A stretch of DNA of 64,000 bases from positions 97,526,001-97,590,000 of the forward strand of contig NC_086373.1 in the NCBI RefSeq assembly GCF_036588685.1, written 5' to 3'. The stretch comes from Mytilus trossulus. Lineage: Eukaryota. Under the pieces are notes generated by a model. That model was given only the letters and a program-made list of their open reading frames with translations. It did no database searches and was not told the origin of the DNA. Shown piece by piece: positions 62,436-64,000 of this stretch (position 1 is its first letter; each line of letters starts with the position of its first letter). A program made the translations under genes and the position numbers.

Positions 62436-62912
62436 TACAGATCTATCATTGTTGCGTTGATGTTTAGACGAGTTTTTTATACATAATGTACACAGCCATG
62501 AATCACCATCATTACTGGTGATCCGATGGACAAATATGTTGTAGAGTTGTCACAGACTCAGACGTACTTATAAATATAATTATTTTCTGTGACTGTATCT
62601 TGCATTAATTTGTAGGATCCTTTACTATAGATAATTGAGCTGATCTGTACCAATCAAATATCCATGCCTTATATATAATGTACTGTAGTACGCCGCTAGA
62701 TTAAAACTGACGAGGAAAGGTAACACACGGCCACTAACAATTTTATTTTGAAGCCCAGATGGTTGTTTGGTCTAGCGGGACGCGATTTGGTCTCACGATA
62801 TCTCAGAAGCATGGGTTCGAATCCCGGCGAGGGAAGAACAAAAATTTGCCTTCTTACAGATCTAACATTGTTGGGTTGATGTTTAGACGAGTTGTATATA
62901 TATATATATATA
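62436..62912 (+). mobile_element. tRNA-related (Pol III box) repeat unit of ~419 bp with a hammerhead-like remnant
   Basis: TACAGATCTA.CATTGTTG.GTTGATGTTTAGACGAGTT recurs at 62436 and 62855. A-box-like TGGTTGTTTGG at ~62760 and B box GGTTCGAATCC at 62814-62824. CTGACGA at 62707-62713. Related fragments at ~12725-12860 (+), ~14340-14500 (-) and ~55715-55830 (+). Confidence 0.65.
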
Positions 62913-63204
62913 TATGAGTCTGAAATATTGTGTAACAATACCGATAAATAGATGATAAACAAAACACTAAAAAGTGTTGAATATCATTGCACAAAGATGG
63001 AAAAACTGACCAGATGATATAAATTATACAATAATTGCAAATATTTCGGTTCAAGAAATGGCCTTCTTCGGTGACAAAAGTTTTAACAATAATGATATAT
63101 AATGTATAAGGTGTAATCATAGATCAGTAATAATACAGGTAAGTTTTGGTCGATTGATTTTAATCCAAAATCCTGATTATAATAATATAAACACAAGACT
63201 GTAA

Positions 63205-63980
63205 ATTTAATTATTTCTTTCTATTGATTCCATCTGGATGGAGGACACCCAGTTTTTTTATCCAAAACTTCTCCCGATTTTCTCTTTGCCTATTTTGCCA
63301 TGTACAATCCTGTTCGATCACAAGGATCTTCATTATATCAAAATCTTTCAGATTGTGATCTGGTAACCTGAAGTGTTGGCTAACAAGAATATACGGTATT
63401 TTTGTGAGGTCACTCCTGTGGCCATTGAGGCGTTTGTGAAATGGCTGCATAGATTCACCAACATATTGGAGACCACATCTAGGACTCTAAAGAACGTAAA
63501 TCACGTTTGAGCTTTTGCAGTTGACATTGCAGAAGATCTTGTATGTCTTTTCTGTGGTCTTACTGTGAAATGTAGATGAATGCTGTAATTAGTTGCAACA
63601 TTTGCAGCGCTTATCCCAACTAGGCTGGCAATTACCTACAGTATGGTTAGGTTTGGAAAGGTCAGCACGGACAAGTATATTTCTCAGGCTGTTAGGTTGT
63701 TTGAAGGCAATCATGGGAGGCTCAGGAAAGATTTTGGATCATTGATATAGATACTCTCAAACATTTAAAACCTGAAAATTCAAAACCTGGGCGATTCTAC
63801 CTGCTCCCTAAAATTCATAAACATGGTAACCAAGGAAGACCAATCGTCTCAGCTAATGGTCATCCCACCGAAAAAATATCCGAATTCGTTGATTACTATC
63901 TTCGACCACATGTAGAAAACTTGCCATCTTTTATAAAAGATTCTACAGATTACATACTAAAAATGCAGGATTTAAAATCC
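63205..63980. mobile_element. Penelope-like element: GIY-YIG end on the minus strand (63211-63740) fused to an RT segment on the plus strand (63750-63975)
   Basis: Minus: [19 protein letters not shown]...RCKCC...NCKSSNVIYVL*..CGLQYVGES.QPFHKRLNGHRSD...REKFWIKKL...PDGIN. Plus: [12 protein letters not shown]...[37 protein letters not shown]. Confidence 0.85.
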
Positions 63981-64000
63981 GGATCTGGTGTACTAAAAAA

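Noticed and set aside
62753-62830. Bona fide tRNA gene
   Set aside because: A and B boxes are present, but there is no convincing acceptor or anticodon stem, and it is embedded in a repeated unit.

Overview
AT-rich, intron-containing eukaryotic DNA. Gene and repeat content fit a bivalve mollusc, most likely a Mytilus-type mussel (inference). The core is a cluster of HSPA12-like (atypical Hsp70) genes with a shared 4-coding-exon layout (exon 2 = 219 bp, exon 3 = 160 bp). Gene A (-, 26014-30278) is intact, ~600 aa. Gene B (+, 34054-38067) is frameshifted by an ~11-nt deletion. Gene C (+, 40961-48304) is intact, ~612 aa. E (-, 58547-59031) is a truncated mosaic pseudogene. Only the last exon of gene D (-, 60452-61578) is in the window. 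An atypical TIR-domain gene lies on the minus strand at left (main exon 8572-9166). Mobile DNA includes an intact DD34E Tc1 element (50667-52187), Helentron-type non-autonomous elements, Harbinger-, Kolobok- and TA-type MITEs, an RTE-like LINE fragment and several Penelope-like RT and GIY-YIG fragments. The main signal missing from the ORF track is RNA-level: about ten type I hammerhead-ribozyme motifs or remnants in two clear retrozyme-like repeat families plus a possible third. These include a 342-bp head-to-tail repeat, one copy with an intact catalytic core (12163-12206), and a ~419-bp tRNA-like unit with a hammerhead remnant. They sit alongside Penelope-like fragments of the kind thought to mobilise them. 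Other notable points: a rewritten phosphate-1 loop (DFGSHGSG) in genes B and C, a probable gene-conversion tract between A and D, and several long palindromes.
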